This document shows positions 38,520 through 51,906 of a stretch of 64,000 bases of DNA, piece by piece (the first letter of the stretch is position 1; every line of letters begins with the position of its first letter). The stretch is from Leucoraja erinacea (Eukaryota). A program made the translations under genes and the position numbers. The notes beneath the pieces are model-generated. The model made no database searches and was not told where the DNA came from. It worked only from the letters and a program-made list of their open reading frames with translations. The stretch spans positions 1 to 64,000 of the forward strand of contig NW_026576158.1 in NCBI RefSeq assembly GCF_028641065.1. The letters are read 5' to 3'.

Positions 38520-39942
38520 TGGCGGGTAGCAAACGTAACCCCACTTTTTAAGAAGGGAGGGAGAGAGAAAACGGGGGATTACATACCAGTTAGTCTAACA
38601 TCGGTAGTGGGGAAACTGCTAGAGTCAGTTATTAAAGATGGGATGGCAGCACATTTGGAAAGTGGTGAAATCATTGGCCAAAGTCAGCATGGATTTACAA
38701 AAGGTAAATCATGTCTGACGAATCTTATAGAATTTTTCGAGGATGTAACTAGTAGCGTGGATAGGGGAGAACTAGTGGATGTGGTGTATCTGGACTTCCA
38801 GAAGGCTTTCGACAAGGTCGCACATAAGAGATTAGTATACAAACTTAAAACTGGCTGGCAAACAGGAAGCAAAGTGTAGGAGTAAACGGGTCCTTTTCAC
38901 AATGGCAGGCAGTGACTAGTGGGGTACCGCAAGGCTCAGTGCTGGGACCCCAGCTATTTACAATATATATTAATGATCTGGATGAGGGAATTGAAGGCAA
39001 AAGCTCCAAGTTTGCGGATTACACTAAGCTGGGGGGCAGTGTTAGCTGTGAGGAGGATGCTAGGAGACTGCAAGGTGACTTGGATAGGCTGGGTGAGTGG
39101 GCAAATGTTTGGCAGATGCTGAATAATGTGGATAAATGTGAGGTTATTCATTTTGGTGGCAAAAACAGGAAAGCAGATTATTATCTAAATGGTGGCCGAT
39201 TGGGAAAGGGGGAGATGCAGCGAGACCTGGGTGTCATGGTACACCAGTCATTGAAGGTAGACATGCAGGTGCAGCAGGCAGTAAAGAAAGCGAATGGTAT
39301 GTTGGCTTTCATAGCAAAAGGATTTGAGTATAGGAGCAGGGAGGTCCTACTGCAGTTGTACAGGGTCTTGGTGAGACCACACCTGGAGTATTGCGTACAG
39401 TTTTGGTCTCCAAATCTGAGGAAGGACATTCTTGCCATAGAGGGAGTGCAGAGAAGGTTCACCAGACTGATTCCTGGGATGTCAGGACTGTCTTATGAAG
39501 CAAGACTAGACAGACTTGGTTTACACTCTCTAGAATTTAGGAGATTGAGAGGGGATCTTATAGAAACTTACAAAAATTCTTAAGGGGTTGGACAGGCTAG
39601 ATGCAGGAAGATTGTTCCCGATGTTAGGGAAGTCCAGGACAAGGGGTCACAGCTTAAGGATAAGGGGGGAAATCCTTTAAAACCGAGATGAGAAGAACTT
39701 TTTTCACACAGAGAGTGGTGAATCTCTGGAACTCACTGCCACAGAGGGTAGTTGAGGCCAGTTCATTGGCTATATTTAAGAGGGAGTTAGATGTGGCCCT
39801 TGTGGCTAAGGGGATCAGGGGGTATGGAGAGAAGGCAGGTACGGGATACTGAGTTGGATGATCAGCCATGATCATATTGAATGGCGGTGCAGGCTCGAAG
39901 GGCCGAATGGCCTACTCCTGCACCTAATTTCTATGTTTCTAT
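38520..39942 (+). mobile_element. CR1 LINE, longest RT fragment in the window, nested in Crack/L2
   Basis: ORFs 38514-38879 and 38912-39583: QHGFTKGKSCLTNL, YLDFQKAFDKV, GVPQGSVLGP. Confidence 0.92.
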
Positions 39943-41900
39943 GAATGAGAGAGCACTGTACATTCTGTACAGCTCACTTGTGTTACCGTATTTAAATTAC
40001 TATGTGGAAGTATGGGGCACCACCTACAAAACCACCTTACAACCACTAAGTACACTACAAAAAAGAGCTATTCGTATAGTAAACACTGCCTATAGTAAAA
40101 AGTAGTAAACACTGCCCAGCCCATCATCGGCTCTGACCTTCCTTCCATCGAGGGGATCTATCGCAGTCGCTGCCTCAAAAAGGCTGGCAGTATCATCAAA
40201 AACTCACACCATCCTGGCCACACACCCATCTCCCTGCTACCTTCAGGTAGAAGGTACAGGAGCCTGAAGACTGCAACAACCAAGTTCAGGAATAGCTACT
40301 TCCCCACAGCCACCAGGCTATTAAACCTGGCTCGGACAAAACTCTTTGATTATTGGTGGCCCATTATCTGCTATTTGCACTTTTATTTGTTTATGTGCGT
40401 ATATATTAATATTGTGGTATATGGACACACTGATTTGTTTTATTAATAACCACTTTCTGTTATTTGCACTTTACCAGTTATTTATCCATGTGTGTATATA
40501 TTTAGATCAGGGTATATGGACACACTGATCTGTCTTATAGTCAATGCCTACTATTTTCTGTGTGCTTAAGCAAAGCAAGAATGTCATTGTCCTATACAGG
40601 GACACAAGACAATAAACTCAATTGAACTTGAACTTGAAACAATGTAGGATATCATGAACACACCAATATACTGTATTTAAAATGACACACATTAAAGATT
40701 AAGGATCTGGTCGAATTTAAGACTGCACAAATGATTTATAAAGCAAAAAATAAACTGCTACCTGTAAACATACAAAAACTGTTCAAAGACAGAGAGGAGG
40801 GTTACAACTTTAGAGGGAAACTAAACTTAAAACGGCATTATGCTCGGACCAATTAAAAAAGTATATGTATTTCCATTTGTGGGGTGGTTTTGTGGAATGG
40901 TCGTGACGAAACGATTAAACAAAGTCTGAATATAATGCAATTTTAAAAAATGTACAACAGATATATCTTTGAAAAGTCCAGTAATGAGGAAGGAGAATGT
41001 AAATCTCACAGATGTAATTATTGGTGATTGTTCTTATTGTTCTTTAGTTTAGTTTATTGAATTTTGCATTTGTTAATGGCGAAGAATGGGGGGGTAGGAC
41101 TTGACAAGCATAGGCTTCCTCCGGTCCCTTTTCGAACGAGTCTAATGTGTATTATGTTGAAATTGGCTTTTGATTTTTAAATTTATGTATGTACATATAT
41201 GTTATGTATATGTGTATGTGTGTAGGTACACAAAAATGCTGGAGAAACTCAGCGGGTGCAGCAGCATCTATGGAGCGAAGGAAATAGGCAACGTTTCGGG
41301 TCGAAACCCTTCTTCAGACTCTGAAGTATGTGTGTATATGTATGTTATATATATATGTACATGTATATGTATGTATGTGTGTATGTATTTATGTATATAT
41401 ATATATATGTATATATATAATTTTCATTCTATTTATACATTTTTATCTTTTCTTTTCTTCTTTTTTTTTAATCGTTCGAAATAAAGATATCATTCATTCA
41501 TTCATGCTCATATGTTCTTGGAGTGGATTTAGGCCATTCGGCCCATCAATATTTTGCTATCCACATTCCTGCTCAAATGTCGTAGCGCCATAGAGTTATG
41601 CAATGTGGAAACAGGCCCTTCGGCTCAACTTGCCCCCACCGACCAACATATTCAATCTACACTAGTCCCACCTGCCTGAGGTTTGGCCCATATCCCTGTA
41701 AATCGTTGCTATCCACCTGCCTCGCGAAATGTTCCGTACACGTTGCGATAGTGCCTGCCTCAACTAACTCCGGCAGCTCGTTCCTTGTGCCTGCCACCGT
41801 CCGTGTAAATGAGGTGCCCCTCAGGTTCCAATTAGATCTTCTTTCGCCATTCATCTTAAACATGCCACCTGGCTCTTCATTCTCCTACTTCATGTAAAAG

Positions 41901-42651
41901 TCGGTGGCCGACTAGGAAAAGGGGAGATGCAGCGAGACCTGGGTGTCATGGTACACCAGTCATTGAAAGTAGGCATGCAGGTGCAGCAGGCAGTGAAGAA
42001 AGCGAATGGTATGTTAGCTTTCATAGCAAATGGATTTGAGTATAGGAGCAGGGAGGTTCTACTGCAGTTGTGCAGGGTCTTGGTGAGACCACACCTGGAG
42101 TATTGCGTACAGTTTTGGTCTCCAAATCTGAGGAAGGACATTCTTGCCATAGAGGGAGTGCAGAGAAGGTTCACCAGACTGATTCTTGGGATGTCAGCTT
42201 ATGAAGAAAGACTGGATAGACTTGGTTTATACTCTCTAGAATTTAGGAGACTGAGAGGGGATCTTATAGAAACTTGCAAAATTCTTAAGGGTTTGGACAG
42301 GCTAGATGCAGGAAGATTGCTCCCGATGTTGGGGAAGTCCAGGACAAGGGGTCACAGCTTAAGGATAAGGGGGAAATCCTTTAAAACCGAGATGAGAAGA
42401 ACTTTTTTCACACAGAGAGTGGTGAATCTCTGGAACTCTCTGCCACAGAGGGTAGTTGAGGCCAGTTCATTGGCTATTTTTAAGAGGGAGTTAGATGTGG
42501 CCCTTGTGGCTAAGGGATCAGAGGGTATGGAGAGAAGGCAGGTACGGGATACTGAATTGGATGATCAGCCATGATCATATTGAATGGCGGTGCAGACTCG
42601 AAGGGCCGAATGGCCTACTCCTGCACCTAATTTCTATGTTTCTATGTTTCT
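41901..42651 (+). mobile_element. CR1 LINE 3' fragment flanked by ATGTAAAAG direct repeats
   Basis: ORF 41927-42574; absent from the paralogous block at about 31890. Confidence 0.9.
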
Positions 42652-42979
42652 ATGTAAAAGCGTTTACTTGTCTTAACATGTAACATGTATTTTATACATT
42701 GATCTTGTCCCAGGCACAAGCCACTTCATCTGCAAAGCTTATTGTATATATCCACCAACCTCGGTCTGAAACCGTTGTTCCTCAAGTTCCAATTACACGT
42801 TCCCCTCCCACCTTAATCCCAGGCTATCTAGTTCTTAATTTTACTGCCCAGGGAAAAGGCCCTGTACACCCAGACTATCGATTCCCACATACTTTTAGTT
42901 TATTCTACAAGATCATCCCTCAGCCTCGAGTGCTCCAAGGAAATATGTCCATCCTTGGAGTCACTCTCTGAGTTGACTA

Positions 42980-43197
42980 ATGCCCCTGTCCCACTTAGGA
43001 AACCTGAACGGAGACCTCTGGAGACTTTGCGCCCCACCCAAAGTTCCCAGAGGTTGCAGGCGGTTGCCGGAGGTTGCAGGTAGTGGAAGCAGGTAGGGAG
43101 ACTGACAAAAACCTCCGGGAACCGCACGGAAACCTTGGGTGGGGCACAAAGTCTCCGGAGGTTTCCGTTCAGGTTTCCTAAGTGGGACAGGGGCATT
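42980..43197. mobile_element. MITE (PIF/Harbinger-like)
   Basis: Both TIRs present. Confidence 0.75.
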
Positions 43198-43515
43198 ACT
43201 CAACCCAGAGAGCACCGCCAGGAGATCGGCTCGAACCCGCGTCTCTCCCGCTTTGGGGCTGTTAAGCGGCCTTCAAGGAGTAAATGTGGCAAACTGCAGT
43301 GAAGGTAACTTATTGAGTGACAATCAACGTGCAATTAAAACGCTGGGGAACTTTGGAATTGATGTCACGAAACTGGAAGGAGTACAGTGAATATTTACGA
43401 GACTCGAGTGGCTGAGCTACAGGGGAGGTTGAGCAGGCAAGGACCTATTTCCTTCTAGCACACGAGGCTGTTAAATACATACATGTGAAGAGAGGGGGGG
43501 GAGGTGATGACTTAC

Positions 43516-43565
43516 TTGGTTCCACGGTGAGGGTAGTTCCGCCACCAAAGACAAGCTTACGGAAA
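43516..43565 (-). CDS. TRDJ: TCR delta J segment (FRKLVFGGGTTLTVEP)
   Basis: FGGG motif, gtaagt donor, RSS CACTGTG-12-ACAAATACA (43566-43593). Confidence 0.92.
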
Positions 43566-43916
43566 CACTGTGGTACCAGGTGCTACAAATACATGTATTC
43601 CCACACGAGCAGGCCCATCAACGTTTGCTGAGCGAACACAAAAATGCTGGAGAAACTCAGCGGGTGCAGCAGCATCTATAGACGCTGCTCCACCCGCTGA
43701 GTTTCTCCAGCATTTTTGTGTACCTTCAATGTTCCAGCATCTGCAGTTCCTTCCTAAAGGTTTGCTGAGCATTTCATTTTGAGTGCACTTTGACGTGCAC
43801 TGCATTTACTTGGAAAGCGACAGCGATTCATGCTCATCAGTTCTTGGAGTGGACTTAGGCCATTCGGGCCATCAATTGGGCCCGCCATTCTATCGTGGCT
43901 GATCTATTTACCCTCT

Positions 43917-44352
43917 CCATATAACCATATAACCATATAACAATTACAGCACGGAAACAGGCCATCTCGACCCTTTTAGTCCGTGCCGAACACGTATTCT
44001 CCCCTAGTCCCATACACCTGCGTTCAGACCATAACCCTCCATACCTTTCCCGTCCATATAACTATCCAATTTATCTTTAAATGATAAAAACTAACCTGCC
44101 TCCACCACCTTCACTGGAAGCTCATTCCACACAGCCACCACTCTCTGAGTAAAGAAGTTCCCCCTCATGTTACCCCTAAACTTCTGTCCCTTAATTCTCA
44201 AGTCATGTCCCCTTGTTTGAATCTTCCCTACTCTCAATGGGAAAAGCTTATCCACGTCAACTCTGTCCATCCCTCTCATCGTTTTAAAGACCTCTATCAA
44301 GTCCCCCCTTAACCACCTGCGCTGAAAAGAATAAAGCCCTAACTTGTTCAAC
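43917..44352 (-). mobile_element. CR1 LINE 3' fragment (second subfamily)
   Basis: ORF 44091-44351. Confidence 0.85.
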
Positions 44353-47300
44353 CAAATTCTTCTGCGTTTGCCCGAAAACCCTTGACACCCTCAATCATTA
44401 AGAATCTGTCAATATACATTTTTAAAACTATCCATTGCCTGGACCTCGATAGCCGTCTGCGGCAAGGAATACCACAGATTCACCACCTTTGGACTAAATA
44501 CATCCCTCCTCATCTCCTTTCTAATCGAATATATTGCCCTTCCTCCGCCATCTTCTCCTTTCTACCGTGGCAATGTAGCTCCATTGTTCCAAGGGTATCA
44601 CTGCCCCGTCAGCTAAACAATGACATGTAAATGCAGTCCATACTCGGCGGGTGGTGGTGGAGAAGAGATGGGTTGAGGCATGACAGTGTAGACCTTGTAG
44701 GAATTTGCATCACGAGGATCTTATAGCAACATAGACAATTATAAAAGGACTGGACAAGCTGGTGCAGGAAAAATCTTCCCAATGTTGGGTGAGTCCAGAA
44801 CCAGGGGCCACACACAGTCTTAGAATAAAGGGGAGGTCATTTAAGACTGAGTTGAGAAAAAACCGTTTTCACCCAGAGAGTTGTGAATTTGTGGAATTCC
44901 CTGCCACAGAGGGCAGTGGAGTCCAAGTCATTGGATGGATTTAAGAGAGAGTTAGATAGAGCTCTAGGGGCTAGTGGAGTCAAGGGATATGGGGAGAAGG
45001 CAGGCACGGGTTATTGATAGGGGATGATCAGCCATGATCACAACGAATGGCGGTTTTGGCTCGAAGGACCGAATGGCCTCCTCCTGCACCTATCGTCTAT
45101 GTGTCTATGTTTACGAGTGTCACACGCTGGGATGTTGCCCTGGTCCACAGGTGATGGTTTGCATGCACGTTGTTTTCACTGGAGATGTATCGGATGAAGG
45201 CCGATAGGTTTTAACAACCAATTATGAGCGGCGTAAACAGGTTGACAGTCAGAAGCAGTTTTCCCCAGGGTGGAAATGACAAAGACTAGAAGGCACAGCT
45301 CGAAGGTGAGAGGGGCAAAACTGAAAGGGAATGAGCGGGTAACGTTTTATAAACAGAGCGAGTGGTGGATGCGTTGAATTCTCTGCAGGCGGTCACGGAG
45401 GAGGCAGATACGATAGTGGTGCTTGAGACTCTTAGATAGGCAATGGGATATATAGGGAATGGTGGAATATGGATTACGTGCAGGCCGAGATTACTTTAAC
45501 CTGGCATCATATTCCTCGTCGACAATGTGGGCCGACAGATATTCGAAAGTGATAACACACAAATATTGTGGACCATTCTCTGGTCTACTCTGGGTCAAGG
45601 CGCAGAGAGGGAGCGCCTCGCAAATTGGAGGCGTTGAGACGAGTTCTGGTGCAAACATTACTATATCCCAGGACTGTTTTCCAATTCAGCAACATGTTTT
45701 TCTCATCTCGGTCCTAAAAGATTTCCCCCTTATCCTTAAACTGTGACCCCATGTTCTGGACTTCCCCAACATCGGGAACAATCTTCCGGCATCTAGCCTG
45801 TCCAACCCCTTAGGAATTTTGTAAGTTTCTATAAGATCCCCCGTCAATCTTCCAAATTCTAGCGAGTACAAGCCGAGTCTATTCAATCTTTCTTCATATG
45901 AAAGTCCTGACATCCCAGGAATCAGTCTGGTGAACCTTATCTGTACTCCCTTTAAACTTTGTACCTTACATTTGTATCCTCTGTCATTTGATGTTTCCAT
46001 CCCGGGGAAAGGTCCTCATTACCCACCCTATCACTGCCCCTCATAATGCATCTGTCAGCTCTGTCGAAGTGGGTCTAGCGTGAATGAGGCTGTGCTGAAT
46101 GGCTCTGAGACTTCACGATGGCCTAAGTAATCATTTGTAAGAGCAACACAACGTCCATGTTTTTACACACCACGGAAATCCCAACAATCCACTTGCTTTA
46201 TGAACCAACTGCCATAGCTCCCGTTGCACGTGTGAACCTTATGTTCCTGTAGCCAGCCGCTTTATGAACACTGTTGTTTGCTCTGGATTGAATCTTTCTC
46301 GAAGCAGTCAGCAGAACAGGCAGTGTCTGGGCCTAGCGAAGAGCCTGAGAACTGTAACATTAACTTGCAACCCTTTCCACAGATTTGACTGATATTTCCA
46401 CTAATGGGAGAGTCTGGGACTGGAGGTCATGGTCTCAGAATTAAAGGGCGTTCCTTTATGAAGTTGAGGAGGAATGCCTTTCGTCAGACCGCCGTGAATC
46501 TGTGGAATTTTTTGCAACCGTAGCATGTGCAGGCCAAGTCAATGGGCATATTGAAGGCATAGATAGATAGGTTCTTGATTAATTAGGGGTTATAGGGAGA
46601 AAACAGCAGAATGGGGTTAGCAGAAAGAGATAGATCAGCCATTAGAATGAATGGCGGAGTAGATTTGATGGGCCTAAGGATCTAATTCTGCTCCTATGAC
46701 TTATGACTGCAACCCATCTCTGTTCCTTTGCCCTCTCCAGCCACGACACCTTACAGTGATCTACTATCTTAAGCCTAATGCTCACCTTGTCGTTTAGATT
46801 GAATTAGCATCTACCTGACATCAAGCAGAGCGGGAATTTATTGACATCAAGTTATTGCTAAATCAAGAGCCGTCTGGTCTTGTACCCTTCAGCACACACG
46901 TATGGGTGGAGTACTGTCCCCTTGCCTGGATGGGGGAAATTGGAGCCCTTAGTGTGCATACTAGTGTGCGTTGAGTGTGTCTGCTCTGAGAATGGGCTAC
47001 CTATTTGTACTGTTACCGCGCGGTGACACACTGGCTCTGTGAAAATAAGGCACGAATTAAGAGTTGAGCGAGTCTCCTGAACCGAAGGCACAGCTTTAAG
47101 GTGAGAGGAGATGTGGGCAGCTGCTTTTTACACCGAGAGTGCTGGGTGCCTGGGATTCACTGTCAGAGGAGCAGAAACGATAGTGGCAATTTTCACACAT
47201 ACTCTGGAATTCTCTGCCACAGAAGGTAGTTGAGGCCACAGTTCATTGGCTATATTTAAGAGGGAGTTAGATGTGGCCCTTGTGGCTAAGGGGATCAGGG

Positions 47301-47799
47301 GGTATGGAGAGAAGGCAGGTACGGGATACTGAGTTGGATGATCAGCCATGATCGTATTGAATGGCGGTGCAGGTTCGAAGGGCCGAATGGCCTACTCCTG
47401 CACCTATTTTCTATGTTTCTATGCTTTCTATATACGAGGCTGCATAGGTAAATGGATCAGCAGGACATGGAGGGGCATTGATCAGGTTCAGGGAGAGTGG
47501 GTTAGTTGAACATGGCATTATGTGCGGCGCGGACATTGTGGGCCGAACGGCCTGCTCCATTACTGTACTCTTCCACGTTCCCTGTTCGATGACTGAATAT
47601 AATCATAGGTCTCTTGTCAGGAAGCTAATGCAGAACGCGTACCTGTTGCTGCTACATTTTCTCACTGTGACCCAGGATTCTAGCATCTGTTTAACGTTCC
47701 ACGACGGCTGTGCGATCGCCCCCTTCTTCTCTGACCACAAGCAAAATACATCACAGAGCAGAAAACGACACAGGCCTGAAGGAAACTAAACTCACTTAC

Positions 47800-47849
47800 T
47801 TGGCAGAACTGTCAGCTTTGTGCCGCCGCCGAAGATCAGCTTAGCTCGA
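47800..47849 (-). CDS. TRDJ: TCR delta J segment (RAKLIFGGGTKLTVLP)
   Basis: FGGG motif, gtaagt donor, consensus heptamer CACAGTG (47850-47856), 12 bp, ACATTAACT (47869-47877). Confidence 0.92.
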
Positions 47850-50800
47850 CACAGTGGTAATGGCCCACACATTAACTTGAAATGGGATTAATGGGCCCGG
47901 ATACCAGCCACTAAACAAATGATCTCCTCTGCTGTGTATTGTAACCTCCACGATGAATGTTACACCCTGACACTGTCCAACTAAATACAACTACATTGAT
48001 TAATTGAAAGACACTTTTTGGAAACAGGCCATTCGGCCCACCGAGTCCATATAGAAACATAGGAACATAGAAAATAGGTGTAGAAGGAGGCCATTCGGCC
48101 CTTCGAGCCAGCACCGCCATTCATTGTGATCATGGCTGATCGTCGCCTATCGATAACCCGTGCCTGCCTTCTCTCCATATCGCTTGATTCCACTAGCCCC
48201 TAGAGCTCTATCTAACTCTCGCTTAAATCCATCCAGTGAATTGGCCTCCACTGCCCTCTGTGGCAGGGAATGCCACAAATTCACAACTCTCTGGGTGAAA
48301 ACGTTTTTTTCTCACCTCAGTCTTAAATGACATCCCCTTTATTCTAAGACTGTGTGGCCCCTGGTTCTGGACTCGCCCAACATTGGGAACATTTTTCCTG
48401 CATCTAGATTGTCCAGTCCTTTTATAATTTTATATGTTTCTATAAGACCCCCCCCCCATCCTTCTAAACTCCAGTGAATGATTCACTTACGACCTCATAT
48501 GAAGCCAGCCCAAAGGACGAAATGAGCGTGAATAAGCAAACGTGTCGCGTCTATTGCATTGCACTATCGTTGGCAATATGGGTATGTTTTAGTGACCACG
48601 TTGATGAACTTCATCCCAAATGACGATAGGCGGGATTTGTATTGAAGATTTAGAGCATTCCGATTCAGAAGTTTGAATCCTAAAGCGTGGAAACAGGTCC
48701 TTAGGCCCCATATCGACCGAGATGCCACATCAGGGCTAGTCCCAATTTCCCACCATGGTCTCGTAGACCATTCAGGTTTCCATTTCTGAAGAGCGTCAGT
48801 ATAAATGTCAGCAGCCATTGATTTCTTGCTACACTAGAAAGAGAAGCAGGGAAATAACGCTGATAGATTGGTTTCCCTGAAAGATTGAGCATTTCACAGG
48901 CTTTTACCTGTATTCGAATAGTTTAGGTATCAGGAAAGGTCGGCTTGGTTGTGTTCCATGCAGTAATTCCATGCACAGATAGACAATAGACACTAGACAA
49001 AGCCATTTGGCCCTTGGAGCCAGCAGCGCCATTCACTGTGATCACTTCTAGACCGCTAAGATCTTCTGAAACCAATCTGTTAGTGATTCCCAGAGTAAAT
49101 ACAAAACATGGGAAAGCAGGATTTAGTTACTATGCAGCAAATAGCTGGAATAAACTTCCTGAAGATTTAAGACTTGCCTCAACTTTGACCACTTTTAAAA
49201 CAAGGCTGAAAACTTTTATGTTTACTTTAGCTTTCAGCTAAATCTTAACTACATTGCACTCTTAACTTTTGCCCTTTTTATAATGCATTTTTAATTTTGC
49301 TTTTCTTTTCTTTTAGTTCTATTTTATTTCATTTTATTATTTCATTTTATTGTATGACATGTTTTTATGTGAAGCACTTTGAGTCTGCCTCGTGTATGAA
49401 ATGTGCTATATAAATGAAGTTGCCTTGCCTTGCCTTGCCTTGATCATGGCTGATCATCCACAATCAGTACCCCGTTCCTGCCTTCTCCCCATATGCCTTG
49501 ACTCCGCTATCTTTAAAAGCTCTATCTGTCTCGCTCTTGAAAGCATTCAGATAATCGGCCTCCATTGCCTTCTGAGTTAAAGGATTCCACAGATTCACAA
49601 CTCTCTGGGTGAAAACGTTTTTCCTCGTCTCCGTTCTCAATGGCTTACCCCTTATTCTTAAACTGTGCCCCTCGGTTCTGCACTCACCCAACATCGGGAA
49701 CACATGATTCTTGGTCGAATATTGAGACTCTGGGAGAATTTTACCCATGTAAGAGTATCCAGAAAGAGGCAATACAAACATAGAAAAAAAAAAAAATAGA
49801 TGCAGGAGTAGGCCATTCGGCCCTTCGAGTCAGCACCGCCATTCAATATGCTCATGGCTGATCATCCAAAATCAGTTCCTGTTTTTCCCCCATATCCCTT
49901 GATTCCGTTAGCCTTAAGAACTAAATCTAACTCTTGAAAACATCCAGCGAATTGGTCTCCACTGCCTTCTGTGGCATAGAATTTCACAGATTCGGATCTC
50001 TGTAGAATCCTCCGTGGTATCGATTTAATGTGGGATTAAGGAGATAGCAAGGGGGTGTAAGTTTCTTTTAGGGATAGATGATGGTTTATATCTGGAACAC
50101 GAAGCCAGAGGAGGCGGGAGAATCAGGTGCATTCACCACTTATGCCTCTTGTGCGTGTCTATTGCAGGGTAGGTATTTGAAAGGACAGGGCGTAGAAGGA
50201 CGCGGTGCTATGGCGGGCAAATGGGATGTACACACAGCAAAGATGTTGGCGTGGACATGGTGATCAGAAGGCCTGATATCTGTGCTCTGCAATGATTCGC
50301 TAAAGCAACGTATTCACTCTCATGTACCCCTGGTGTACCGGGGGGTACATGAAGCATGCGAAGGTTAAAGGGAATGTGTGGGGGGGGGGGGGGGGGGGGG
50401 GGGGGGCGGTGATGGGATTAGTCTGAGTCAAAAGAGATTCCATGGGCCGAAAATTCTTCAATGTCTCCCGAACATTGCAGGAAGCATGGGAGAGCCATTG
50501 ACTGGGAGCTGGCGAGATTTTACCAGGGGGATGGGAATGGAAGATTTTTAACAAGGGCAATGAATAGCTGTTGGGAGGTCATGGGTCGTGGATTGTGGAA
50601 GCGGTAGATGGAGTAAAGGCCAATGGAATCAAGCGGGTAACAGTTGGACCTAGACGTAAGGTCTACGTTTAATGTGATCCTTCCACTGTATACCAAGTCT
50701 GTGATGAGCAAAATATGTCTTCCATGATGCCCTACGAACAATGTTTCTCCTCTCTCAATAGGGGAACACGCACAAGTACATTAATTGCAGTGAAATTGAA

Positions 50801-51854
50801 GATAGATACAAAATGCTGGAGTAAGGATAAGGGGGGAAATCTTTTAGGACCGAGATTAGAAAAACATTTTGTACACAGAGAATGTTGAATCTCTGGAATT
50901 CTCTGCCACAGAAGGTAGTTGAGGCCAGTTCTATACCCTCCCTCCCACATGCCCTTTAAATTTCGCATGCTTCATGTACCACCCGGCACACGAGGGGTAC
51001 ATGAGAGTGAATACGTTGCTTTAGGGAATCATTTTTTCACACAGAGAGTGGTGAATCTCTGGAACTCTCTGCCACAGAGGGTAGTTGAGGCCAGTTCATT
51101 GGCTATATTTAAGAGGGAGTTAGATGTGGCCCCTGTGGCCAAGGGGATCAGAGGGTATGGAGAGAAGGCAGGTACGGGATACTGAGTTGGATGATCAGCC
51201 ATGATCATATTGAATGGCGGTGCAGGCTCGAAGGGCCGAATGGCCTCTACTCCTGCACCTAATTTCTATGTTTCTATGTTTCTATTGCAGAAATCAGGCC
51301 TTTTGATCACCATATCCACGCCAACATACATTTAAGAGGGAGTTAGATGTGGCCCTTGTGGAACGAAGTCCCTCAGTCGCAAGCGACCCATTCCCGTGTC
51401 TCTGCCTCATTGTTTGCACCGCTTCATGGTAGTTGAAGGTAGTTGAGGCCAGTTCATTGGCTATATTTAAGAGGAAGTTAGATGTGGCCCTTGTGTCTAA
51501 GGGGATCAGGGGGCATGGAGAGAAGGCAGGTACAGGATACTGAGTTGGATGATCAGCCATGATCACATTGAATGGCGGCGCAGGCTCGAAGGGCCGAATG
51601 GCCTACTCCTGCACCTATTTTCAATGTTTCCATGTTTCTATGTAACTCAGCGGGACAGGCAGCATCTCTGGAGAGAAGGAACGGGTGGCGTTTCGGGTCG
51701 AGACCCTTTATCAGACTGGTTAGGGGATAAGGGATAGGAGAGATAGGGACGATGATGTGGAGAGGTAAAGGACAATGAATGACACAACAAGTAACGATGT
51801 TACGGTAAACATTGCAAGCTGTTTGTAGGGTGAAATTGATATTGATTTACTCAC

Positions 51855-51906
51855 TTGGTTGCACCTTGAGTTCAGTCCCAGCGCCGAATGTTAATTTTTC
51901 TCTTTG
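51855..51906 (-). CDS. TRDJ: TCR delta J segment (QREKLTFGAGTELKVQP)
   Basis: FGAG motif, gtgagt donor, RSS CACTACA-12-CACAAAACC (51907-51934). Confidence 0.88.

Larger units (their letters stand above)
37133..41503 (+). mobile_element. Crack/L2-clade LINE with nested CR1, Rex-like and Penelope-derived inserts
   Basis: GVPQGSVLGPKLFILYINDI, LYSSLVLPYLNY, LQKRAIRIV; (CATT)n tail at about 41490; the paralogous empty site is visible at about 43820. Confidence 0.8.

Noticed and set aside
46790-47040. Possible degenerate V exon (HPGKG, acceptor-like start)
   Set aside because: No Cys-Trp-YYC framework in any frame I could read and no RSS
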